Below the pieces are notes generated by a model. It made no database searches. It worked only from the letters and a program-made list of their open reading frames with translations, and was not told where the DNA came from. Below are positions 25,169-38,174 of a stretch of 64,000 nt of DNA, piece after piece. The translations under genes were made by a program, and so were the position numbers. Origin of the DNA: Eledone cirrhosa (taxonomy: Eukaryota); contig OZ024746.1 of NCBI GenBank assembly GCA_964016885.1, positions 95,542,001-95,606,000 of the forward strand, in the 5' to 3' direction. How positions within the stretch are numbered: position 1 is the first letter of the stretch; each line of letters begins with the position of its first letter.

Positions 25169-25362
25169 TTCTGAAAAGTAAAAAGAATTCACGAGTGGTA
25201 AATTATAAGCTAAGATAATGTCGTATAATAAATGTTAAGAGTTAAACTAACAACATTATCAAAATTAACATTAATAAAGCAGAATTAACAATAATTTAAA
25301 AATAAATTTAACAGAGTAAAAACATGAGATTACTTTGGATTAAACTGGAGATAAAAATTTAC

Positions 25363-25397
25363 ACAGCTAAAAGTTTTTTAAGATGGCTGAAAGGAAA
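25363..25397 (-). promoter_or_regulatory. RPL36: RPL36 TCT/5'TOP initiator and non-coding exon 1
   Basis: Minus strand TTTCCTTTCAGCCATCTT...AGCTGT|gtaaat: polypyrimidine initiator followed by a YY1-like GCCAT and a donor, the usual ribosomal-protein gene architecture. Confidence 0.7.
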
Positions 25398-26285
25398 TAC
25401 TATGGTGAAAACGCTAAAGAGTTCTGTACGTGTCATTTAAAGTTATCTCCCCTTAGTCATTAAGTTTGTCATATTTTTACGAAGCTAATTAAATTTCATG
25501 GAAGCTTGTGTCTTCATTATTCTGAGATCATTTGAATTTGTGTGTCTACGTTAGAATCTATCTAGAACCCAAAACAATGTAAATTTCAGTATTTATTTTA
25601 TTATTACACCTGTCTTCAATACGGGTGTTATGGAGTTCTCGGGTGGGAAGGAACCTCAGAAAACGTAATTTACGACGCTTTTGAAGGCCATATCGTTTAA
25701 AACGTCAAAAACGATAGGAAAAAAACATAAATTTCCCCTTCAAATATTTCTTTTTCTATTACACTTGTCTTCGAAGCGAGTGTAATAATTTACCATCTTT
25801 CCTTAGAGAATAAAATGTGATATGGTAGAGATAAGGCTGCTATTTCTAGCAAGTCGGGTGACCACATAGAGGCTGTTGATATGTTTTCACATTACGGTCG
25901 TAAACACGAAAGAAAATAATTACAGAAACTAAAATAAAACATAACTACAAACGTCATTAAATATTCTAAAGCTGCGAAGAGTAAGTTAGTTGGTAGTGGA
26001 GAATACTCGTTCGGTGGTCACTTTAACACGTGTTGAGTGCATTTTTAACTGTTGTATAAATACTTTATTTATGTACATTAATATAATATCTTAGGACAAC
26101 TGGTGAACATTGGTCTCGAAAATTGACGTTCACGAATCATGAGTATTGAAGGATATCAGAGGCATAATCGAGATGGTAACTAGACGGCTATAAACAACTT
26201 ATTATAAACAGTATTTGCTATTTTCTGGTTATGCCTAGATGGGTCTGTATTTCATAATATCATTTCTCACTCACTACATATATAT

Positions 26286-26765
26286 ATGCGTACGAAAAGC
26301 CGGTTATATGATGCTTGTGTGAGGAGCGCGATGCTGCATGGTAGTGAGACATGGGCAGCAACTGCAGAGGATATGCGACGGCTGGAGAGAAATGAGGCAA
26401 GCATGCTCCGTTGGATGTGCAATGTAAATGTGCGTGAACGATCCAGCATAAATGTGTTGAGAGAGAAATTGTGTCTGAGAGGGATAGAATGTAGTGTGCG
26501 AGAGAGAGAGGAGACTGAGGTGGTATGGACATGTGTTGCGCATGGAGGATGACCGATGGGTGAAGAAGTGCCAGGAAATGCCAGTTGAAGGAAGACGTGG
26601 TAGAGGTAGACCACGAAAAACATGGGCGGAGGTGGTGAGAACAGAGCTCAGATCGCTGAAGCTCACAGTTGAGATGACGAAGGACCGTGATGAGTGGAGA
26701 GATGCTGAATAAGACCCGTCCCACCCTTGCAAGCAGGGAAAAGCGAATGTAAAATGATGATGATA
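26286..26765 (+). mobile_element. RTE LINE 3' end
   Basis: KSRLYDACVRSAMLHGSETW...RRLRWYGHVLRMEDDRWVKKC..VEGRRGRGRPRKTW; 3' tail ACCCTTGCAAGCAGGGAAAAGCG..AAAATGATGATGA. Confidence 0.9.
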
Positions 26766-26789
26766 ATATATATTTATATATATATATAG

Positions 26790-29000
26790 GGCGGGTAAAA
26801 TTCCCGAGATCCATGGACGAGTTCTCTCCAGCGGTCTCTATCCTTTGTCATCAGCATTATGTGCTGCGTCTCCCAGAGACCAGTCTCTGATATCCTTTTA
26901 GCTTTAACTCTATTGCTCTGAACCGGTGTTACAGTAAAGCCCGAGTCCTGATGTTTCTCCAGTGCAAGGCACATACAATAGTCCACTGATGATGAAACGA
27001 TAGGGAGCCAATGTATCACCCTGGAGCACTCCAGCCAGTATCTCAAAGAACTCCGTCATCATGTCAGGTGTAATGACTTGGGCTCTGGTGTTGGTGTAGA
27101 GCAGTAATATCAGGTCCACTAAATGTAAGACCATCAGGCAGTCTTGGTTCACAGAATCAAAGGTCTTCCTAAAGTCAATGAAAACCATGATAGCAGGAAG
27201 GACTTTTGCTCTAGATCCCTCTAAAATTCTCCTCAGCATTAGGATATGACTGGTGGTTGATCTTTCCTCTCTGAAGCCGTTCTAGTTGTCTCTCAGCTTC
27301 TCCATCTTGAGCTGGATCCTGTTAAGAATCATCCTGTTGAAGGTCTTTGCCACAAGTGACATCAGTGAGATCCCCCTGTAGTTGTTGGTGTTAGAGAGAT
27401 CTCCCTTCTTTGGTACTATGACAATGGTACTGATTCGGGGCAACTCCTTTCTCCCGTGCCTGGTTACAGAACTCCAGAATGACATCATCAAAATCACACC
27501 TCTTCATCACCTCTGATGCCACTCCATCATCTCCATGGGCCTTACCCTCCTTGATCTCATTGGCTCTCTGATGCTCCTCGCTGATGAAGGGTCCTGTCTC
27601 AATATCCAGTTCCTCAAACAGCTGTCTGATCTCCCCAGTGTTCTGGGCTGTGGAAGATGGCACTCATAGTAGGATCTGACTCAAACTCCCTCTTTTCCTC
27701 TCTGTGATCTCGTTGATGATTGTTCAGCTCTCTTTACACTTACACCTGTCAACCACTCTCTCCACACTCCTGATCTTCTCCATCAGCACCACCTCTCTAC
27801 ATAGAGTTCTTCCTCCCTGACCTCCACATTCTCCTTCCTCTCCTCCGTAGGATTAGCATGGAATTGGTCCCTGGCAACTCTCAAGTGTTCTCTGGCTGCA
27901 CACACTTTTGGGTCTGTTGTCCCTCCTCTTCCTCGGCATCAGGGCCTCACTTGCTTCTGCCACTGCAGTGGTGAAGTACCTGTACCTCCTCGTCACACTC
28001 TCCTCAGTCCCCCCAATCTCTCTCTCTCTCCTCTGCCTCTCTACATAGAGCACTGAACCTGTTCCTCACTTCTACTGTGTACCTCTCCTGTAGCTTATCA
28101 TTTTCCTTGAAAGCTCCTCAGTTAGATTGCTCTCTGGGGCTGAGCCTTACTCATTCTTAAGCTCACCCAGACCTCACTCATAACAAGCCAGTGGCCACTG
28201 TCCTGTGTACTGAAATAATTGTAGGGTTCTGTGTACAGAACACTATTCCGCCACTTCCTCCTCATCAAAATGAAATCAATCTGACCTGGTCAAGTGCATA
28301 TCAGATATATAGGTCCACATCTTCCCCGGATTCTTCCTAAACCTTAGGTTGGTTGCCATCAGGTTCGCCTCCAGCAGGGTGTCCCTCAATAGTCTCCCAT
28401 TTCAGTTGACGTTGTCATGGAAGTACCAGCAAGGATCTTCAGTGCTTTCCTTACTCAGATGTGCATTAAAGTCACTCAGAACAAGCAGGATGCTATGAGC
28501 TCATGTGGTGTTAACAGCTCTACACACTTTCTCATTAAACTCCTCTGCACTCACATCACTGTCCCTCTCAGTTGGACTGAAGGCTGAGATGAGTGTCAGC
28601 CTTGGATTTCCATTGAAGGTCACCCTCAAAACTCATGGAGAGACAGGTATCAGCTCCCTCACTAATAGGTTGGCTCCTGTACTTAACACAAACCCCACTC
28701 CTCTACTGCAGCATTAGTTGTGTTCCTCATAGCTGATGTGGTGATGAGCTGGCTGCTCTTTCCAATCATCTTTCTTTTCACGGGGTCATCATCTAGGAGC
28801 CTGTGTTCTTGGATTGCAAGGATCTGCATACCACTCTCCTCGAACAGATGACCAAACCTCTTTCTTTTCTCCAGCGTTTGAACAGTCCTCAAATTCAGAG
28901 TGCCAATTTTAGTGGCTCTTCTGCAGGACAAAACTGTTTTCTTTATATTTTTATGTTGCATCATCCACTGGCCCTCCCTGCAGCTCTAAACCAGCAGTCA
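26790..29000 (-). mobile_element. Degenerate non-LTR retrotransposon (AP endonuclease + RT; RTE/RTE-X-like)
   Basis: IGTLNLRT..ILAIQEHR (APE), VPKKGDLSNTNNYRGISL, VFIDFRKTFDSV and GVLQGDTLAPY (RT), broken by stops, frameshifts and deletions. Confidence 0.9.
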
Positions 29001-29157
29001 TAATGATCTGACTGCTCCTTCAGAGCGTAGTTAGGGTCTCTAATGCTAGTGCTATGAAAAATATTCTCAATGTTTCTTTCCAATAGGTGATAATGCCTTA
29101 CCGGCGCCACTCAAGTAAGGTAATTATTTAACCCATAAATGGGACCCTAACAGGTAC

Positions 29158-29192
<35 letters not shown>

Positions 29193-29277
29193 TTATAATT
29201 TACTTAATTTATTCATAAATGAAGTAATTCCGCCGGAAAGGTCCAGGAAAAAAGAGTGCTCTATGTAGGTTACATAA

Positions 29278-29340
29278 TTGATGTTATATATATTTTGATG
29301 ATAACTGTTATGAAACAGTTATGACCTCATCAGACAGCTA
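29278..29340 (-). ncRNA. Decayed hammerhead-like motif
   Basis: Minus strand TAGCTGT-CTGATGA-GGTCATAACTGT(TTCATA)ACAGTTATCATC-AAAA-TATATATA-ACATCAA. The GAAA box is mutated (CGAAA>CAAAA, consistent with CpG decay). About 90 bp from a (TA)n tract. Confidence 0.45.
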
Positions 29341-29434
29341 GAAGTTGAACAGAAAAAACATGAAGAAGAAATAAAAATTACTCCTGTTGTTTCAATTCAA
29401 TGATATGTCCCGGACTGATATTTGGTGTTGCTAT

Positions 29435-29752
29435 CAGCTGGGTGCTTTTTTTTATGACACCTACACAACCACTTTACAGTGTGAGCTGGATGATTTTTAT
29501 CATGACCAATATACAGTATATGCTGGGTGCTTTTTGTCATGACACCTACACAACCACTTTACAGTGTGGACTGAGTGCTTTTTGTTGTGATACCTACACG
29601 ACCACTTTACAGTGTGTGCTGGGTGATATTTGTTGTGACACCTACACAGCTACTTTACTGTGTGGGCTGGGTGCTTTTTGTCATGACACCTACATGACCA
29701 CTTTACAGTGTAGGTTTGATGCTTTTTGTTGTGATTCCTACACAACCACTTT
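29435..29752 (-). repeat. 48-bp SINE-derived minisatellite (~6 diverged units)
   Basis: Reverse complement of the 44773-45745 unit. Confidence 0.85.
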
Positions 29753-31918
29753 CTTGTATCTATGTAAATTTGTTTTACAAACTTGTACCATATTATCCAT
29801 CAAAATCTCCGTCTCACACATATATTGCACTACAATATTCAGTTTCTTAGGACATCAACGGATGTAAAACAACCAAATATTTAGAATTTTGTGTAGAAGT
29901 ACTGACTGGGTGTGGTTGTAATCTTGCCACATGAAATAAATATTTTTAAGTTCAGTAAATATTTCTAAATAGCTGTACTTGTGTATAATATGAAAACCCT
30001 TTTTGTCCTTAATTTTAGTTCAGAAGTTCTTATATTAGACATTAGTGAATACAGTAATCTGTAGATGGGAGAGATTGTGCAGTTGTATTATGTATGAATT
30101 TGGAAATTAAGTAACCTTGGGTTGTTTCTCTACAGAAACTGCATCATTTACCAAATATTGGTCAACACTTAATGATGTATCAGATTAAAGATGTTTATGA
30201 ACCCATCTATCCATAATATATATATCTTTATTATACATAAACCTTCTGTATATAGCTTCATGTATGCCATTTTTCTGAATCATACTATATTAATACTGTT
30301 GCTAATTAATACTACATGGGCATGTGGTTAGAATGTCTCAGGAAAGAATCACTGGACAGATTTTATGGGCAAAACCGATCCAGCAGGTGACCCAGGGGTA
30401 GACCTTAAGCAAGAGGGTTGGATATCATCCCTGAGCTTGGTTGGTCTCACTTAAGGATCCAGCTGGATCAGTTGGAAACAGTTGCTTTCAACAGGACCCA
30501 CTGGAAGGAGTGTTTGAGGACTCTGCTCCCATGACCCCCTCAGGAATAAATGGGCAAAGAAGAAGGTGATTGAATTTAGACTATATGTAAATGAGTTGTC
30601 ACCAAGAATAGTTTGTTTACAAACTCTAGCAAAAGGTATTGCCTTTCATACCCCACCATCTGTCAAACTAACAATAGTGAAATGTATCTGCCAATCTTAC
30701 CAGAGGTATCTGTGACATAATTACAGCTTAAAATACTCAGAGCAAGACATGTATGTTCATTATTGCTTGGCAGTATCGGGAGAAGGTTGGACGTCATGCT
30801 TTCTAGCATAGTTACGTCCCTTTAAGGTCTGAGTTTAAATCCTGTCGAGGTTAACTTTGCCTTTCATCCTTATGGGGTCGATAAAATAAAGTACCAGTAA
30901 TGTACTGGCCTTGTGCCAAAAGTAGAAACAATTATTGCTTGCTCTGATCGATCGACAAGATCCCAGACCTCATTTGTTTGCCGAGTGGGCTGGACCTCGT
31001 TCAATTGGACCAAGGAAACAATGTTTCCATTTGTTTTTCAATTGATGATACTATCTACCGGTTGCAACTCCTGGTAGAAGGAGCAACTTGAAATAAAGTC
31101 TCTTGCTCAAGGACACAATGCACCACCCAGTCCAACTGAACTCGCAACCTCACGACTATGAATCTGACTCTCTAGTCACCATGCATTGTATAACAGTTTA
31201 TATTTTGAATCACATTGCGTTACTGCTATTGCAATTTAATGAAGTATCTTTTCAGTTGTAGTAGTTCTTGTTTAGTTCCAGGTCCTTGATTCAACAGTAA
31301 TTAAAGGTGTTCCTGCTATGAACATCCCATCAAGAAGTCACTATCCAATGTCTCCTTTCTTGCTCAACCCTTTAACATTTAAACTGGCTGTAATCCAAAT
31401 CCGGACAGAATTGTCTCACCTCTTTCTGTTCAAGCTGGCTGTAACTGGCTGCTCATACTGATATTAAGGGATTGTTCTCAAAATAAATAATATCAAAATC
31501 TCATAGATTGGCAGTATCGGTAGAGGGTCAGACGCCATGCTTTGACGCATAGAGTTACGGCTCTTGCCATTCTGAGTTCAAATCCCACCGAGGTTAACTT
31601 TGCCTTTCAGCCTTACGGGATCGATAAAATAAAGTACCAGTACTGCACTGGTTAATTGCTGGTCTTGTGCCAAAAGTAGAAACAGTTATTTATACAGTTA
31701 GAAAAAAAAAAAAAAAATCTATTTTCCTATCGCTCCTGATGATTTGTGTTAAAGAATTACCTCCCTTTAGACATAAAGACTAAAGGGAGGTAATTCATGA
31801 CACTTTATTATCCTCGAACCAGAACGACTTCATGTCGAAGGTAGATCGCGGTTACTTTTAAACGGACATAAAATGGTTACAATTATTATACTAGCTATGC
31901 TTTAAGAATAAAACAATC

Positions 31919-31965
31919 ATGAGTTTGAATACTTCAAATAATTCTGAAAAGTCTCCTCGATTTTC
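31919..31965 (+). CDS. CENP-U-like gene, coding exon 1
   Basis: aaacaatcATG: MSLNTSNNSEKSPRF + TC|gtaagt (phase 2); lies in a region that visibly retains CpG dinucleotides. Confidence 0.65.
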
Positions 31966-33469
31966 GTAAGTATTAATTTTTATGCCCGAATACTGTTTTG
32001 CCATTTAATTAAAGAACGACAAAGTTTGTAGATTTAAAGTCAGTCGTATTGTTTTCTTTTAATAGAGAATACTGTTGTTATTTCTCCTTTCCTTTTCTTT
32101 TTCTCTCATTTAACCATACATTTTTGTGCGTTATATTTGTTAGGTTCCTAGCAATAATTAATTGTTTATATTTTCATTCTGTAAGAATAATAAACAATTA
32201 TTATCCGTAAAATAAATGTTTATTCTCAATACATGTGTTTCGCTCACAAAGTTGACTTAAAAACCATTGATAACTACATAAATATGAAAAAGAGAGATAA
32301 AAACACAATTAAGTAATGAGAAAAAGTGGTAAATAAGGGCAGATCTGGCTGTAGCGGAAAGGATTATTTGTAATGTTATTTATATAACTTTGAACTTCGG
32401 AAAATAAAATAATACTATTTGTTTACTTGACAGAAGTTTTAACAAACTACTGTAACGTACTTCAGTTATTGGGATACATAAACTTTTAACAATATAATTT
32501 TCTTTTCTTTTTCTCGCTTTGATCGTATATTTTGATGTGTTGTATTTGTAAAGTTCCTAACAATAGTTAATTGGGTAATTTACTATTTTACGTTCGTAAA
32601 CTAAAATTCTTTTTGCCGCTATTTTTAAACTAAAATATACATACATACATCATCATCGTTTAACGTCTATCTTCTATTCTAACATGGGTTTAGACATATA
32701 TATATATGTATGTATGTATGAGAGAGAGAGAAACAGACAGACAAAGAGAGAGAGAGAGAGAGAGGTTTATTATTTTTTTTATTGACATTCGGGAATCGTT
32801 TAATTTACGAACGTAAAATAGTAAATTACCGTTAATTGTATTTATTATGTGTTTATTAGGGCGGTGGGTTGTCAGTATCGTTAGATTTTGTTTACGGCCC
32901 TTCACGTTCTAAGTTCAAATCCCGCCGAAATTAGCTTTGCTTTCATCCTTACGGGGTCGATAGAATATACTTCCTGTAACGAACCTGGGTCGATTTAATC
33001 GACTTTCCCCGCCTCTCCCCAAATTGCCGGCCTTGTGCCTATAGAAATAATTATACGTGTTTATATCTTCATTCTGAAAGAATTGTGAACAATTTGTAAT
33101 GTTATTTATACAACTGTGAATAAAATACTAAACTAATTACGTAGTTCAGTTCTTTAAACACTCATAAGTATAGATGTAACACACACATACACCAGGTCCG
33201 AACACAGAGGAGCCAAACTCCCACTGTTATCTCTCCATCTCTCTCGTCCTCCCTTTGTTTAGCTGTCAAATCATTTTTTTTTTTTTTCATATATTGGAAA
33301 AGTACTTTATTCACAGTTGTATAAATAACATTACAAATTGTTTATAATTTTTACAGAATGAAAATATAGACACATAATAAATACAATTAATTATTGCTAG
33401 GAACCTCACAAATATAATGGTTTCACAAAAATATATGGTCAAAGTGAGAGAAATAAAACAAACAAAAAC

Positions 33470-33915
33470 AACCATCAGTTCACCTGGAGTGACTCTCTGA
33501 TCTCTGAGCTATACTCTATCGAGTAACGTTACTCCAAAGACCCTTCGGAAGAACCCCATTTCGGCTGCTTTTTTTTCGGTCATTACCCAAGATTCATGAC
33601 CATAAGTAAGGGTTGGCACGAATACCAAATTGAAGATAGTGAGTTTGGCTTTTACACCTACCTCCTCCCTTCTCATTACTGAATGATGAAGTAGGCGCAT
33701 TACCGCACCAGCTCCTACAATTCTCGCACTTAATTCAGCCTCCTGACTTCCATCACTAGTGAACACGAACCCAACATGCTTGAACTTCTCTGCCTGCTTC
33801 AGTGGGACTCCAATCTCATGTAGAGTGCACTGTGCAGGCTTGAGAGGACGAGTATCTCAGTTTTCGCAGAACTGAATATTCATTCCAGCCATGAAGCACT
33901 CAGCATCAAACCATC
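33470..33915 (-). mobile_element. RTE (Expander-like) LINE fragment
   Basis: FTSDGSQEAELSARIVGAGAVMR...FVPTLTYGHESWVMTE. Same family at 30310-30565, 40680-41090 and 53420-54480. Confidence 0.8.
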
Positions 33916-34104
33916 AAGTACAAGTGCATCAGAATATTTTCCCTGTAGCAATTGTCTTGGAAAAGTTTCATCATCATTAAACGATGGTTTTGCCTGCTAC
34001 CAACGGTTGGACAGATACATTTTATTGTGGCACCAACACTCAGGAGATAGCCATAACTTTGACACTACTTAATAGCCATTTTATTGTCTTGCCTTCTATG
34101 GTTG

Positions 34105-36400
34105 GGTGCTGTTATCACCAATCACTTCACAGAGTGTACTGGATGCTGTTATCACCATTCACTTCACAGAGTGTACTGGATGTTGTTATCACCAATCACT
34201 TCACAGAGTTTACTGGATGTTGTTATCACCAATCACTTTACAGAGTGTACTGGATGTTGTTATCACCAATCACTTCACAGAGTGTACTGGATGTTGTTAT
34301 CACCAATCACTTCACAGAGTTTACTGGATGTTGTTATCACCAATCACTTCACAGAGTATACTGGATGTTGTTATCACCAATCACTTCACAGAGTGTACTG
34401 GATGCTGTTATCACCAATCACTTCACAGAGTGTACTGGATGCTGTTATCACCAATCACTTCACAGAGTTTACTGGATGTTGTTATCACCAATCACTTCAC
34501 AGAGTATACTGGATGCTGTTATCACCAATCACTTCACAGAGTGTACTGGATGCTGTTATCACCAATCACTTCACAGAGTATACTGGATGCTGTTATCACC
34601 AATCACTTCACAGAGTGTACTGGATGTTGTTATCACCAATCACTTCACAGAGTTTACTGGATGCTGTTATCACCAATCACTTCACAGAGTGTACTGGATG
34701 TTGTTATCACCAATCACTTCACAGAGTGTACTGGATGCTGTTATCACCAATCACTTCACAGAGTGTACTGGATGCTGTTATCACCAATCACTTCACAGAG
34801 TGTACTGGATGTTGTTATCACCAATCACTTCACAGAGTTTACTGGATGTTGTTATCACCAATCACTTCACAGAGTTTACTGGATGCTGTTATCACCAATC
34901 ACTTCACAGAGTTTACTGGATGTTGTTATCACCAATCACTTCACAGAGTGTACTGGATGCTGTTATCACCAATCACTTCACAGAGTTTACTGGATGTTGT
35001 TATCACCAATCACTTCACAGAGTGTACTGGATGTTGTTATCACCAATCACTTCACAGAGTTTACTGGATGCTGTTATCACCAATCACTTCACAGAGTTTA
35101 CTGGATGCTGTTATCACCAATCACTTCACAGAGTGTACTGGATGTTGTTATCACCAATCACTTCACAGAGTGTACTGGATGTTGTTATCACCAATCACTT
35201 CACAGAGTATACTGGATGTTGTTATCACCAATCACTTCACAGAGTGTACTGGATGTTGTTATCACCAATCACTTTACAGAGTGTACTGGATGTTGTTATC
35301 ACCAATCACTTCACAGAGTGTACTGGATGTTGTTATCACCAATCACTTCACAGAGTGTACTGGATGTTGTTATCACCAATCACTTCACAGAGTGTACTGG
35401 ATGTTGTTATCACCAATCACTTCACAGAGTATACTGGATGTTGTTATCACCAATCACTTCACAGAGTTTACTGGATGCTGTTATCACCAATCACTTCACA
35501 GAGTGTACTGGATGTTGTTATCACCAATCACTTCACAGAGTATACTGGATGTTGTTATCACCAATCACTTCACAGAGTGTACTGGATGTTGTTATCACCA
35601 ATCACTTCACAGAGTATACTGGATGTTGTTATCACCAATCACTTCACAGAGTATACTGGATGTTGTTATCACCAATCACTTCACAGAGTTTACTGGATGC
35701 TGTTATCACCAATCACTTCACAGAGTGTACTGGATGTTGTTATCACCAATCACTTCACAGAGTATACTGGATGTTGTTATCACCAATCACTTCACAGAGT
35801 GTACTGGATGTTGTTATCACCAATCACTTCACAGAGTTTACTGGATGTTGTTATCACCAATCACTTCACAGAGTGTACTGGATGTTGTTATCACCAATCA
35901 CTTCACAGAGTATACTGGATGTTGTTATCACCAATCACTTCACAGAGTGTACTGGATGTTGTTATCACCAATCACTTCACAGAGTTTACTGGATGTTATC
36001 ACCAATCACTTCACAGAGTGTACTGGATGCTGTTATCACCAATCACTTCACAGAGTGTACTGGATGTTGTTATCACCAATCACTTCACAGAGTTTACTGG
36101 ATGCTGTTATCACCAATCACTTCACAGAGTGTACTGGATGTTGTTATCACCAATCACTTCACAGAGTTTACTGGATGCTGTTATCACCAATCACTTCACA
36201 GAGTTTACTGGATGTTGTTATCACCAATCACTTCACAGAGTGTACTGGATGTTGTTATCACCAATCACTTCACAGAGTGTACTGGATGTTGTTATCACCA
36301 ATCACTTCACAGAGTGTACTGGATGTTGTTATCACCAATCACTTCACAGAGTGTACTGGATGTTGTTATCACCAATCACTTCACAGAATGTACTGGATGT
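34105..36400. repeat. 37-bp minisatellite (~62 units) in intron 1
   Basis: Unit CTGGATG(T/C)TGTTATCACCAATCACTTCACAGAGT(G/T/A)TA. It has no plus-strand stop, hence three overlapping ORFs with 37-aa periodicity. Confidence 0.97.
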
Positions 36401-36863
36401 TTTTTATCATATCAACACAAACATTAGAGAGATTTTTTTGTGTCTTTGACACAACTGAAATGTTCTCTCATGCCTTTTTGACATGGTTTCTATAGATGGA
36501 TGTACTTCTTAACCCTTTAGCATTTACATTACTCAATATATACTATTGTATTTTTGCAGGAAAGGCTTTATCTCACATAATATCGAATCTATGAGATTTT
36601 GATATTATTTATTTTGAGAACAATACCTTAACATCAATATGAGTGGCAAGTTACAGTTAGTTTGAACTGAAAGAGTTGAGAGAATTCTGACCAGATACGG
36701 CCGGTTTAAATGCTAAAGGGTTAAAGTGGATCATTAGCACTGTCAATCTCATATTGCAGAGAGTATCTGAAAGCTATGGGTACAGGGCCTTCCTCCTGGC
36801 TAATAGATTAAAAAGAAAAAAGAAAAAAGTCATTTAAATCATAGTTCATTATAACCACTAAGC

Positions 36864-37994
36864 CAGGCATGGGCAACTTTTTTGAGCAGTGGGCTGCATA
36901 GGATGTAGCTCATCATAGGATCTGGCTCATCATAAGGTGGGCTGCATAGGATGTAGCTCATCATAGGATCTGGCACATCATAAGGTGGGCTGCATAGGAT
37001 CTGGCTCATCATAAGGTGGGCTGCATAGGATGTAGCTCATCATAGGATCTGGCACATCATAAGGTGGGCTGCATAGGATCTGGCTCATCATAAGGTGGGC
37101 TGCATAGGATGTAGCTCATCATAGGATCTGGCACATCATAAGGTGGGCTGCATAGGATCTGGCTCATCATAAGGTGGGCTGCATAGGATCTGGCTCATCA
37201 TAAGGTGGGCTGCATAGGATGTAGCTCATCATAGGATCTGGCACATCATAAGGTGGGCTGCATAGGATGTAGCTCATCATAAGGTTGGCTGCATAGGATG
37301 TAGCTCATCATAGGATCTGGCACATCATAAGGTGGGCTGCATAGGATCTGGCTCATCATAAGGTTGGTGACATAAGATGTGGTTCATCATAGGATCTGGC
37401 TCATCATAAGGTGGGCCACATAGGATGAGACTCATCATAAGGTGGGCCACATAGGATGAGACTCATCATAAGGCAGGCCACATAGGATGAGACTCATCAT
37501 AAGGTGGGCCACATAGGATGTGGCTCATCATAAGGCAGGCCACATAGGATGTGGCTCATCATAAGGTGGGCCACATAGGATGTGGCTCATCATAAGGTGG
37601 GCCACATAGGATGAGACTCATCATAAGGCAGGCCACATAGGATGTGGCTCATCATAAGGTGGGCCACATAGGATGTGGCTCATCATAAGGTGGGCCATAT
37701 AGGATGAGACTCATCATAAGGCAGGCCACATAGGATCTGGCTCATCATAAGGTGGGCCACATAGGATGAGACTCATCATAAGGTGGGCCACATAGGATGA
37801 GACTCATCATAAGGTGGCCACATAGGATGTGACTCATCATAAGGCAGGCCACATAGGATGAGACTCATCATAAGGTGGGCCACATAGGATATGGCTCATC
37901 ATAAGGTGGGCTGCACTAATAAAAAATTCAAGGTAATTTTGAAATTAGGGGTGCCATTCAGAGAGCCAAACAAGCCACAGTTTGCACATGACTG
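36864..37994. mobile_element. hAT-type MITE expanded by an internal 31-bp satellite
   Basis: TIR CAGGCATGGGCAAC / GTTTGCACATGACTG; TSD CACTAAGC / CAGTAAGC; unit TAGGATGTGGCTCATCATAAGGTGGGCCACA. Confidence 0.85.
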
Positions 37995-38107
37995 CAGTAA
38001 GCTTATGCTGTATTTTTCTTTTTAAGATGATATAACTTAAATTTAATGTTAAAATCATAAAATTTGAAATTTTTCAAGTTCATTTCTTAATTTTTATCTT
38101 ATTACAG

Positions 38108-38174
38108 AAAATGGATGGTTTCTAAAAGAGAATTTAAATTTAATACCCCTGCTGTTGAAATGGTCCAGAAAAAG
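38108..38174 (+). CDS. CENP-U-like gene, coding exon 2
   Basis: ttattacag|A KWMVSKREFKFNTPAVEMVQKK|gtttgt; phases 2/0 fit the neighbouring exons. Confidence 0.65.

Noticed and set aside
26983-27005. CTGATGA-T-GAAA hammerhead-like string
   Set aside because: No stem II or flanking stems; it is the antisense of RT coding sequence.
34105-36400. CRISPR-like appearance of 30-48 bp repeats (also 445-4089 and 44773-45745)
   Set aside because: Units are contiguous with no unique spacers, there are no cas genes, and the context is eukaryotic.
33984-36495. Three ~800-aa Cys/His-containing ORFs
   Set aside because: All three frames give the same 37-aa cycle because the 37-bp unit lacks stops; intronic satellite, not a gene.
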